Source: a virus (taxonomy: Duplodnaviria > Caudoviricetes). From it: a stretch of 32,661 bases of DNA. Position 1 is the stretch's first letter, and the number at the start of each line of letters is the position of its first letter. The DNA lies in the IMG/VR virus record IMGVR_UViG_3300036546_000268, positions 1 to 32,661 of that record. The stretch is one strand, 5' to 3'. Shown one piece after another: positions 1 through 8,037 of this stretch. A program made the position numbers and the translations under genes. The notes beneath the pieces are model-generated. The model saw only the letters and a list, made by a program, of their open reading frames with translations, had not been told where the DNA came from and ran no database searches.

Positions 1-32
1 TCGGGAGCTGCATGGTTTGAATTACAATTACG

Positions 33-224
33 GGAGAGATGGCGAAATTGGAAGACGCTAATTTGGCAGATGAGGATTAGATGTGTTTTTGATGCAGATA
101 TACAAGTTTCGTAAACAAAAGTGACTGCATACATCTATTGATTAATGTGAAAATTGCTATGTCCCAGAAATGGTGGAAACTAACACATTAAAAATCCATG
201 TGGGTTCGATCCCCACTCTCTCCC
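33..224 (+). ncRNA. tRNA-like RNA with degenerate anticodon arm and ~125-nt structured variable arm
   Basis: Acceptor stem GGAGAGA(33-39)/TCTCTCC(217-223); Leu-type D arm TGGCGAAATTGGAAGACGC; T arm GTGGG-TTCGATC-CCCAC(200-216); insert closed by GGAT(74-77)/ATCC(194-197). Confidence 0.75.
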
Positions 225-227
225 CTA

Positions 228-388
228 TACGCTTGAAATGATACACAGCGTAGAAAGACCAGGTAGCTTTTAAAGCTAAATATAATATTAAAAGAGATGA
301 AATATCCTGGCTAAAAACATCTCAAAGACTGAGTCACATTACATTTCGATGTTCAGTTATAAGGGGGTGAGAAAACTATTCCCCTTAT
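228..388 (+). ncRNA. Structured pseudoknotted RNA, copy 1 (family unknown)
   Basis: Five hairpins plus pseudoknot CCAGG(259-263)/CCTGG(306-310); same architecture as copy 2 with compensatory changes. Confidence 0.75.
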
Positions 389-395
389 CATCCGA

Positions 396-566
396 TTCTG
401 TGTTGTAAAATGCTTATAGCACAGAAATTCCACTCTGGGATGCATACCAGATATATAAAATCTTTCTGTATAGTGGTGTTAGAAAGATAAAGACCGTGTC
501 TCCTATAGATAGAACATAGACGTTCGGTTATAGACAGGTGAGAAAACTATTCCTGTCGTTTTTTTT
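396..566 (+). ncRNA. Structured pseudoknotted RNA, copy 2 (family unknown), ending in hairpin plus T8
   Basis: Pseudoknot CCACT(430-434)/AGTGG(472-476); identical 17-mer GGTGAGAAAACTATTCC at 366-382 and 537-553. Confidence 0.75.
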
Positions 567-712
567 GACATTCTCTACCCGTAGGGATGTAGTCAAGGCT
601 TTTAAGGTTGTGCCCGAATCAACCTGACTGGATATGGCATGATGTTGTTAGAGAAGTAGCAATCCCGCCATATCTCACCCGCATCTCATTTGTTTGGGTT
701 GCGGGAACAAAT
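565..712 (+). ncRNA. Putative third structured RNA (four consecutive stems)
   Basis: Stems TTGAC..GTCAA, AGGTTG/CAACCT, GATATGGC/GCCATATC, CCCGCA/TGCGGG; no credible ORF. Confidence 0.5.
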
Positions 713-813
713 TTTCTTAGATAGCATACACGTTTTTGCGCTAACTTTGAATTTTACGTGTTTTTTAAATTGTTTTTTGGCTGCAGGGCGTTGTGAAACG
801 CTCTGTCTGCAAC

Positions 814-884
814 GCTTCAGTCATATAACGGTATTATACCATTTTTGTAAAATGGTAATCGCAGTTCGACTCTGCGCTGAAGCT
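814..884 (+). tRNA. trnT: tRNA-Thr(TGT), CCA not encoded
   Basis: GCTTCAG/CTGAAGC acceptor; CCATT-TTTGTAA-AATGG anticodon arm (TGT at 846-848); CGCAG-TTCGACT-CTGCG T arm. Confidence 0.9.
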
Positions 885-925
885 CACGTTAAACTAATTA
901 TTAATTTTTTAATAAAAAAAACAAA

Positions 926-2254
926 ATGGAAAGGATTTTATTCAAGGATGGGAGTTATATCGAAATAAAAAAAGATGATATAACAGGAGAGACAAATATT
1001 GAACTTGTTTTTAAATCTAAGAAAGAATTTAAATTAAAGAATGGAGATTTTTTGTTCGAGGACGGCAGGATAATGATAGTCAAAAGCTATCCTTCAAACT
1101 ATCATGCTTTGATATATCCAGTAAGGGACGACAAGGTTCAGTACAATAGAAGATATGGCCTTCATTTTTCGCATCCGTCGTTTAGATACGCAACAGAAGT
1201 AGAAAAGCATGCGTTATTGGACGCTATAAGGAAAGATGGGAAGTATTGGGACGAAGATAATAAGTGCATAAAAGACATTCCTTCTAAAGATTTTGTTCCG
1301 AAGGATGGGGATTATGTCACAATAGAATATTCTGGAGATTCAAATTTTGAACCCGATTGTGAAACGAATAAGGTAGTTGGAATTTTGCGTGGAAAACTGT
1401 GCAAAGGGAATAATGGTTTTCCATTTTATGCAGGGATAAACTTGTCAGGCGAGCTGTGTTTATATGGAAGCTTTGGAAACAATGAAGGAGATATTTCGCG
1501 TCCCTCCACTGAAGAAGAGAGAAAGGAGTTGCTGGATATGTTGGAGGACTTTGCATTCTGGGAAAAGGCAGATAAAAAAGGTGGCGATGATAAAACCAAA
1601 AATCCACAACGAAAATTCAAGACTGGAGATAAGGTGCGTATAAAAGATGGCATTTCGAGTGAAACGCATTTTAGCGATTCTTTTGTTCCTGGGATGGATA
1701 AATTTTTAGGGAAGGTTCTTACAATAAAAGGATACGTTGCCGATGGGGATGTTGATATTATGGAAGATCCAAATTTTTTCTGGTTTTCTGAAGAATGGCT
1801 TGAACCGTGCATTGAAGAAATAAAACAAGACGACTGTCAAAAGCTACAGTCAAAATTCAAAATTGGTGATAAGGTGAGAATAAAGGACGGCATTTCGAGT
1901 GAAACGCATTTTTATAATGGATTTATTCCGCAAATGGATATATTGTTAGGAAAAGTTCTCACTATAAAAGAATGTATCGAAGATAAACGCGTCAGTATTG
2001 AAGAAGATTATTACGGCCTTTACTTCTCTGAAGATTGGCTTGAACCGGTTCCCGAATCCATAAAAATAGGAGATTGGGTAATTTATTTCCCTGATGAAAA
2101 CAAGAAATTAGCAACAGTCGGTATATTGAGCGACGTTGTTATTCATGATGGGAAGTTAGGATTTTTGATTGATAACAAGGTGTTTGTTCAACAGATAATC
2201 AAGTGGGAAGGCACTAAAGAACAATTAGAAAATGTTAGAAAGGGAGAATCGTGA
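926..2254 (+). CDS. Phage repeat-domain protein (two RxATEEEK-type domains and two SH3/KOW-like 'FKxGDKVRIK' domains)
   Basis: 442-aa ORF with AT-rich leader and visible internal repeats. Confidence 0.85.
   Translation: MERILFKDGSYIEIKKDDITGETNIELVFKSKKEFKLKNGDFLFEDGRIMIVKSYPSNYHALIYPVRDDKVQYNRRYGLHFSHPSFRYATEVEKHALLDAIRKDGKYWDEDNKCIKDIPSKDFVPKDGDYVTIEYSGDSNFEPDCETNKVVGILRGKLCKGNNGFPFYAGINLSGELCLYGSFGNNEGDISRPSTEEERKELLDMLEDFAFWEKADKKGGDDKTKNPQRKFKTGDKVRIKDGISSETHFSDSFVPGMDKFLGKVLTIKGYVADGDVDIMEDPNFFWFSEEWLEPCIEEIKQDDCQKLQSKFKIGDKVRIKDGISSETHFYNGFIPQMDILLGKVLTIKECIEDKRVSIEEDYYGLYFSEDWLEPVPESIKIGDWVIYFPDENKKLATVGILSDVVIHDGKLGFLIDNKVFVQQIIKWEGTKEQLENVRKGES
1612..2047 (+). repeat. Intragenic direct repeat, 240-bp offset
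   Basis: 1612-1807 resembles 1852-2047; GGCATTTCGAGTGAAACGCATTTT is identical in both. Confidence 0.9.
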
Positions 2255-2601
2255 GCACAGCAAAAATTATATCAGAAGTTATATCTTATATTGCCGATAG
2301 AAATGAAGAATGGGGAGAATTTACGATAGTACATGATGGATATACTTTCCATATTTACTATGACGCAGCCTTTGATACATTAGAATTTGAGCAGGTGATA
2401 TATAATGTCATAAGCGGAGAATACGTGTTCACTAATGAATTGCCATCATGGTTTGAAGATGATATTTTTAAATCGGTTGTTTTCTCAGTTATGGAATTAC
2501 GATATAAAGAGATAAAAGAGGAGAGAGAGATTGAATCGATGGAAAGGGGATTGGCCAAACAAAAATCCGAAAAGAAGAAAATAAACACTAATAATTCGTA
2601 A
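2251..2601 (+). CDS. Hypothetical protein
   Basis: GTGA overlap with upstream stop; 116 aa. Confidence 0.75.
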   Translation: MSTAKIISEVISYIADRNEEWGEFTIVHDGYTFHIYYDAAFDTLEFEQVIYNVISGEYVFTNELPSWFEDDIFKSVVFSVMELRYKEIKEEREIESMERGLAKQKSEKKKINTNNS

Positions 2602-2630
2602 AATGATTATTAATTTTTAAACAATAAAAT

Positions 2631-3323
2631 ATGAAAGAGATTGCAACAGCTTTTTTAAAAGCACAAAGTGAGATGAGCAACAAATCATATTATGTATATC
2701 TCCATAAAACTGTTAAAAATGGAATTGTATTTTATGTAGGGAAGGGATCTGGGTATAGGATGTTTGCTACTGGAAATAGAAGTAACGGGTGGAAACGAAT
2801 AGCAAAAAAATATGGGTTTATACCGGAAATAATAGAGGATAATTTAACAGAAGATGAGGCTTACAAAAAAGAGATTGAGTACATTAAATATTTCAAGGAT
2901 ATTGGATTGTGCGATGCAAACGTTTCGCTTGGAGGTAAGGGTGTCAACGTTCCTAAAAGATGGTGGGGAGAAAACATCTCTAAATCATTAATTGGCCTAA
3001 AAAGGGAATACGGGATTTTTAATAAATCTTATAAGAATTTTATAGACAAGGATACATTATTCGACCTTTATGTAAATAAAAACATGTCGTCAGTAGAAAT
3101 ATCTAAAAGATATGGAGTATCAATTGTCACTGTTTTGGCAAGATGTAGGGACTATGGAATTGAAGTATATCACGGAAAGAAAATACAGTGTACAACAGAC
3201 GGAAATATGTTTAACTCAATATCAGAAGCAGCTGAATACTACGGTGTATATCGTGAGAATATAAGAAAGGTTTTAGCTGGGAAATACAAAAAAACAGGAA
3301 ATAAACATTTTAAATATATATAA
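2631..3323 (+). CDS. GIY-YIG-like homing endonuclease with HTH/NUMOD1-like C-terminus; first 17 aa resemble the ERF N-terminus
   Basis: YVYLH...FYVGKG..R, EAYKKE, N-x-x-x-GG; C-terminal FNSISEAAEYYG. Confidence 0.85.
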   Translation: MKEIATAFLKAQSEMSNKSYYVYLHKTVKNGIVFYVGKGSGYRMFATGNRSNGWKRIAKKYGFIPEIIEDNLTEDEAYKKEIEYIKYFKDIGLCDANVSLGGKGVNVPKRWWGENISKSLIGLKREYGIFNKSYKNFIDKDTLFDLYVNKNMSSVEISKRYGVSIVTVLARCRDYGIEVYHGKKIQCTTDGNMFNSISEAAEYYGVYRENIRKVLAGKYKKTGNKHFKYI

Positions 3324-3324
3324 T

Positions 3325-3939
3325 ATGAAGAATATAGCAGCGGCATTATTAAATGCTCAGACACAAATGTCTAATCCGAAAAAAGATAATGAAAATCCAT
3401 TCTATCGGAATAAATATGCCGATTTGAATTCTGTTAGGGAGGCAGTTATTCCTCCGCTTAACGCTAATGGAATTGTAGTCTTGCAACCGATGACGGTTGT
3501 GGACGGGAAAAACTACATTAAGACGGTGTTTCTTCACGAAAGTGGAGAGACGATGGAAAGCCTAACGGAGATTATTTATTCCAAGCAGAACGATGCGCAA
3601 GCGCAGGGTAGCGGGATTACGTATGCCAGGAGATATGGGCTTCAGTCGTTGGCTTGTGTAGGCGCTGATGACGATGATGGGAATAAGGCGAGTAATCCAC
3701 AAGAGAAAGACGCTTCTGACAAACAGAAACCAACGCCTAAAACAATCCAAAAAGTTACTTCAAATCCGAAAGCAGATGAGATCGCTGTTGATTTGGCAGA
3801 GGCGAAAAAAGGAATTGCAAAATGTAAGACATCCGCTGACTTAATGGAAGTGTGGAATGTTTATAAGAATTTACAGGGAATAGCGGAATTTAAGCAAGAA
3901 ATGGCAGATGCAAAAAAACGACTTAATATTAAGAAATAG
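3325..3939 (+). CDS. erf: ERF-family single-strand annealing protein
   Basis: NPFYRNKYADL, QAQGSGITYARRYGL, DDDGN motifs. Confidence 0.93.
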   Translation: MKNIAAALLNAQTQMSNPKKDNENPFYRNKYADLNSVREAVIPPLNANGIVVLQPMTVVDGKNYIKTVFLHESGETMESLTEIIYSKQNDAQAQGSGITYARRYGLQSLACVGADDDDGNKASNPQEKDASDKQKPTPKTIQKVTSNPKADEIAVDLAEAKKGIAKCKTSADLMEVWNVYKNLQGIAEFKQEMADAKKRLNIKK

Positions 3940-4813
3940 CGGTGTCATACTGACTGAAGGACACGAGTACTGGCTGGGGGATGTTCGGCTACAAGGAATT
4001 ACCGGTATCATCTCCCGCCAGCTATTCCCAGATAAGTATAGTGCAGTACCTGACAAGATTCTTAAAGGTGCAGCTGAGCGCGGTACAAAGGTTCATGAAT
4101 CGTTGCAGGTATATGATATGTTTGGGGAAATAACCTGTGAAGAGGCGAGGTTATACGCTGAGCTGAAAGAGAAAGAAAAGTTTGAGGTTATAGATAGCGA
4201 ATATATCGTCACGGACTACAAAGATTTTGCGACGCCAGTGGATAAGGTTGTTCGATTTAAAGATACCCCTGATGGCACTGTCGATTTAGCAGACGTCAAA
4301 AACACGTCAGTACTTGATCAGAAGTATCTATCATGGCAATTATCAATATGCAAATACCTTTTCAGCATAGTCAATCCAGATATAAAGGTTGGTAAACTCT
4401 ACGCCGTATGGACAAAGAATGGCGTATCATTGCATCCTATAGATGAGATACCGCAGGAAGAGGTTATAGAACTCCTCAATTGTGAGAGAGACGGTAGGCA
4501 ATATGTAATGAAGGATATCTTAACTATTTCTGACGAGAAGGCTGTAGCTATTGTTCAGCAGATGTCTGAAGTGCTTGTAGAAATTGCTGAATTGCAAGCC
4601 AAACATGATACGTTTAAGCGACAGTTAGAACAGCTGTTCGAGGCATATGGCGTAGATAAATGGGATAACGATTTGTTTACAATAACACGGGTGAAAGAGT
4701 ATGAAAAATCAACGTTTGACAGCAAGAAATTCAAGGATGAGCATCCAAAAATATATGACAAGTATGTAAAAACGACGAGTGTTGAGCCAACAATTAGAAT
4801 AAAATTAAAGTAA
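3908..4813 (+). CDS. PD-(D/E)XK exonuclease, likely recombination partner of ERF
   Basis: AAERGTKVH, SEYIV, PVD, LADVKN, WQLSI motifs; adjacent to erf. Confidence 0.8.
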   Translation: MQKNDLILRNSGVILTEGHEYWLGDVRLQGITGIISRQLFPDKYSAVPDKILKGAAERGTKVHESLQVYDMFGEITCEEARLYAELKEKEKFEVIDSEYIVTDYKDFATPVDKVVRFKDTPDGTVDLADVKNTSVLDQKYLSWQLSICKYLFSIVNPDIKVGKLYAVWTKNGVSLHPIDEIPQEEVIELLNCERDGRQYVMKDILTISDEKAVAIVQQMSEVLVEIAELQAKHDTFKRQLEQLFEAYGVDKWDNDLFTITRVKEYEKSTFDSKKFKDEHPKIYDKYVKTTSVEPTIRIKLK

Positions 4814-4830
4814 TTAAAAACTAAAAAATC

Positions 4831-5136
4831 ATGATTAATTTAGGAATTTGTCTGAGTGACGTGCCAAAAGAACGTATTGTCACAGCTAAGAACGGGAAGA
4901 AGTATTTGAATGTAACAGTTGATGAACGAAGAGCCGAAGGTAAGTTTGGAGAGACACACACTGTCTATCTAACGCCATCGAAAGAAGAGCGTGAAGCAAA
5001 AGCTGACAAGGTTTATGTCGGAAGCGGGAAGGAGTTGGTTTTTGAAAACAGAGGACAGCATAAACCTGCGCCAGAAGAAAGGTATTCAGAACCAGAGGAT
5101 GCTCCGCTTGATGCAGGAGACGGTCTCCCTTTTTAA
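4831..5136 (+). CDS. Single-stranded DNA-binding protein-like
   Basis: KNGKKYLN motif, acidic tail ending in LPF, recombination-module position. Confidence 0.7.
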   Translation: MINLGICLSDVPKERIVTAKNGKKYLNVTVDERRAEGKFGETHTVYLTPSKEEREAKADKVYVGSGKELVFENRGQHKPAPEERYSEPEDAPLDAGDGLPF

Positions 5137-5174
5137 AATCACAGTCATGGATGATATTTTTAAAAATCACTGAT

Positions 5175-5327
5175 ATGGACGATATCGATAATGCTTATTG
5201 GGCTCGTGTGTTTAAGCGAGAAGCGGAGCAGTATGCAGGAATTGGGAAGGCTATCCTTGCAAACAGAGAGCGGGTAAAGGTTGGCAGCAATACAATCAAA
5301 TTGGTTCGCAAACATGCAACAAGATGA
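5175..5327 (+). CDS. Small hypothetical protein (50 aa, not in ORF track)
   Basis: MDDIDNAYWARVFKREAEQY...; fills the gap and overlaps the next start. Confidence 0.55.
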   Translation: MDDIDNAYWARVFKREAEQYAGIGKAILANRERVKVGSNTIKLVRKHATR

Positions 5328-5541
5328 ATTGCTTTCGATAATATCTGATATAGAAAATGAGTGCAGGCAGGCGCATACAGAGCCTGTCTGTGCCCCTTTC
5401 GTTGAAATAGATAGGAGATGTACGCCAGAGCAGAGAAAGACGCTCAGGGATGATTTAAATGAGCTTTACGCCGAAGGAAAGATACGTGTGTGGCAAGCAA
5501 TTAATGACACGATAATAAAATTAATAGAAAATGGAATTTAA
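5314..5541 (+). CDS. Hypothetical protein, possibly winged-helix
   Basis: ATG at 5314; N-terminus resembles 31705-31899. Confidence 0.7.
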   Translation: MQQDELLSIISDIENECRQAHTEPVCAPFVEIDRRCTPEQRKTLRDDLNELYAEGKIRVWQAINDTIIKLIENGI

Positions 5542-6409
5542 AAAATATCAACACGTTGAGCGGTTAGGAACAGTCGAAACAGATGGAATCGAGAATGGAC
5601 TCTGTTTTGTCTTCCCAAAAATCGACGGAAGTAATTCGCAATTGTGGTGGGATGCTGGATTACACGCTGGAAGCAGAAATCTGCAACTTTCGCATGAAAA
5701 AGATAATGCAGGCTTTTACAACTGGGCAATGGGTCAGGATAAATTTATCCAATTCTTTGCAAAATATCCCAATCTAAGGTTATACGGAGAATGGCTTGTA
5801 CCGCACACCTTGAGGACATATGTTGATTCAGCGTGGAGAAAGTTCTATGTTTTTGACGTTATGGAGGACGGAGAATATCTGCCGTACGAAAAATATAGTG
5901 TCATCCTTGATGAGTTCGGAATTGAATATATCCCACCGATTTGTAAGATTGAAAATCCTACCTATGAGCAGCTTATATCCCAGCTCGAGAAGAATACTTA
6001 TCTTATTGAGGATGGGAAAGGTGTTGGTGAGGGTATAGTCATAAAAAACTATGACTACAGGAACTGCTACGGACGTGTGACGTGGGCGAAAATTGTGCGT
6101 AATGAATTTAAAACACAGCACGGAAAAATTAAAGTTCCCGAGTTGAAGGGTGCGAAAGTAATCGAAGCGGAAATAGTCAATAAGTATGTTACACAAGCAT
6201 TGGTCGAAAAGGAGTTTTCCAAGATTGATAATGAGGTTGGGTGGAGTTCAAAACAGATACCCCGTTTACTAAACACGGTTTATTACTGTTTAGTAAAAGA
6301 AGAGTGTTGGAATTTCGTAAAAGAGTTCAAGAATCCGACTATTGACTTCAAGAAACTTGCAGTTTTTACAAACAACAAAGTTAAAGTGTTTTTGCCACAC
6401 TTATTTTAA
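5531..6409 (+). CDS. ATP-dependent RNA ligase (Rnl2-like)
   Basis: Nucleotidyltransferase motifs KIDGSN, LYGEW, FYVFDV, GEGIVIK, WAKIV. Confidence 0.88.
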   Translation: MEFKKYQHVERLGTVETDGIENGLCFVFPKIDGSNSQLWWDAGLHAGSRNLQLSHEKDNAGFYNWAMGQDKFIQFFAKYPNLRLYGEWLVPHTLRTYVDSAWRKFYVFDVMEDGEYLPYEKYSVILDEFGIEYIPPICKIENPTYEQLISQLEKNTYLIEDGKGVGEGIVIKNYDYRNCYGRVTWAKIVRNEFKTQHGKIKVPELKGAKVIEAEIVNKYVTQALVEKEFSKIDNEVGWSSKQIPRLLNTVYYCLVKEECWNFVKEFKNPTIDFKKLAVFTNNKVKVFLPHLF

Positions 6410-6411
6410 AA

Positions 6412-6858
6412 ATGAAACTAAATCTACTCAATACAACATCTGGACTTATTCCGCTATCGGATGATGATTATGACGAAAAGCATAAGCTAAAGATAGGAGA
6501 AGTATATGAGGCATCTATTGTGCTCAAACGCAATTATAGATTGCACAAACTTTTCTTTGCTTTAATAAATTGTGCTTTTGAGTATCTCAATGAAGAACAA
6601 ACAGAGAGGCTTGGCGGTTACAATCGTATCGGAAAAGAAAATTTCCGCAAAGACATGCTTATCGCAGCAGGTGTAACAACAAGCTACTATTCAGCTGTTG
6701 ATGGAGATTTTCGTGTTGAGGCAAAATCTTTAGCTTTTGACCGGATGGATGACGCCGAGTTTCGCGATGTTTATGATTCCGTTAAGGATGCTATTTTTCG
6801 TACAGTGTTGCGTGGAATAAGTGAAGAGGAATTTAATAAACGATTAATTGGATTTTGA
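6412..6858 (+). CDS. DUF1367/NinB-like protein
   Basis: RNYRLHKLFFAL and KSLAFDRMDDAEF motifs. Confidence 0.75.
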   Translation: MKLNLLNTTSGLIPLSDDDYDEKHKLKIGEVYEASIVLKRNYRLHKLFFALINCAFEYLNEEQTERLGGYNRIGKENFRKDMLIAAGVTTSYYSAVDGDFRVEAKSLAFDRMDDAEFRDVYDSVKDAIFRTVLRGISEEEFNKRLIGF

Positions 6859-6894
6859 CATAAACTACCACCAGCATAGCAGGTGATTTTAAAC

Positions 6895-8001
6895 CTAAGC
6901 AGAATGCAAAGAGCAATACATACTCGATTTTTCAGGTCGGTTTATGGCTACCCCCAGCGTAGCGATATTTATAGCCGCATTAAAATCGGCATCCATATCG
7001 TTTCCGCAGTTTGTACACTTGAAAGACTTGTTTTTTCGAGTGCCAATACAGTGGCAAACGCTGCAAGTCTGGGAAGTGTATGCAGGTTCAACGACAACAA
7101 TCTCAACACCGTTCAGTTTAGCTTTATACTCGATAAAGGAACGCAACTGGTAAAAAGACCAATTTCCAAGTTTTACTCTAAGCTTTTTATTTCTACGTTT
7201 AGAAGTGAACCGAATGTGAGTCAAATCTTCAATTGCAATACCTTTGCCCTGTTGCTTGGCAGACTGAACGAGTTTTTTAGAAATAGTGTGATTGATGATT
7301 GTTGCGGTAGTTTTTTCTTTGCCTTGAAGCCGTTTAGACAATTTCCGGCAATTCCTCTTAGTGGAACGCTTGGAAGTGTCTGCCTTTGCTTGAATAGAAC
7401 TACGAACCTTTTGCCTATGCTCACGGTAATTATTGAGAGTTTCGGCTGTATATTTTTCGCCATCAGAAGTGACAACTATATCTGTGATTCCTGCGTCAAC
7501 GCCAATAAAATCATCGACGTCGATAATATTCTCTTCTGGAACATCAACGATTTGAAAAAGATAGAATTTCCCTTTCTTATAAACCAAATCAGCTTGCCCC
7601 CTGATAAAATGGAAATAAGCAGTGTTATGGCAAATGAAATTGATTTTCTGCCTGCCACCTATACACCACAAAGAGACGACATTATTAGGTTTATATGTCA
7701 TTATGTCATGGTCATAAGTAATAGCACCAAGTGTTTTAAAGACACGTTTTGTTTTCTTATCCAGTTTGTAAGCGTTAGCAACTTTGGAGATTTGTCTTAT
7801 AATCATCTGCGAGGCAAGTTGAAATGTGGCCTTAATCGGATAATAAACTTCGTGGTGCAGTTTGAAATTATTGAAAATCTTTCTTTCCCAAGCCACGTCA
7901 GAAATGGCATTACAAACAGTATTTGCTTCAGTCATTGTTTCGAGAAGCAAATTGGCCTGTTCATCAGTAGGCAAGAGTTTTATTTTCAACGTCAATTTCA
8001 T
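6895..8001 (-). CDS. tnpB: TnpB RNA-guided endonuclease
   Basis: RuvC motifs GVDAG, IEDL, DADFNAAINI; zinc finger TSQTCSVC..FKCTNCG. Confidence 0.95.
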   Translation of the reverse strand: MKLTLKIKLLPTDEQANLLLETMTEANTVCNAISDVAWERKIFNNFKLHHEVYYPIKATFQLASQMIIRQISKVANAYKLDKKTKRVFKTLGAITYDHDIMTYKPNNVVSLWCIGGRQKINFICHNTAYFHFIRGQADLVYKKGKFYLFQIVDVPEENIIDVDDFIGVDAGITDIVVTSDGEKYTAETLNNYREHRQKVRSSIQAKADTSKRSTKRNCRKLSKRLQGKEKTTATIINHTISKKLVQSAKQQGKGIAIEDLTHIRFTSKRRNKKLRVKLGNWSFYQLRSFIEYKAKLNGVEIVVVEPAYTSQTCSVCHCIGTRKNKSFKCTNCGNDMDADFNAAINIATLGVAINRPEKSSMYCSLHSA

Positions 8002-8005
8002 GTAG

Positions 8006-8037
8006 CAAATATACTAATAACTTATTTAATATTCAAA
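8006..8037 (-). promoter_or_regulatory. Bacteroidota housekeeping-sigma promoter of tnpB (leaderless)
   Basis: TTTG-N20-TATATTTG ending 4 nt before the ATG. Confidence 0.75.

Noticed and set aside
1-12. Possible 3' end of another tRNA (..GAGCTGCA)
   Set aside because: Truncated by the window edge; no arm can be verified
60-199. Group I intron or tmRNA tag reading frame inside the tRNA-like RNA
   Set aside because: Too short and without recognisable group I core motifs; no G3:U70; the 10-codon mini-ORFs are unremarkable
225-330. Theta (HDV-like) ribozyme directly 3' of the tRNA-like gene
   Set aside because: Could not build the nested double pseudoknot by eye; not formally excluded without a motif search
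228-566. The tandem RNAs as trans-acting omega-RNA guides for the TnpB
   Set aside because: No similarity seen to the tnpB right-end sequence and no evident variable 3' guide
690-968. 92-aa ORF
   Set aside because: TTG start and overlaps tRNA-Thr and RNA hairpins
5135-5185. Short imperfect duplication AAAATCAC...ATGGAYGATAT
   Set aside because: Only two copies; probably a local duplication of a start region
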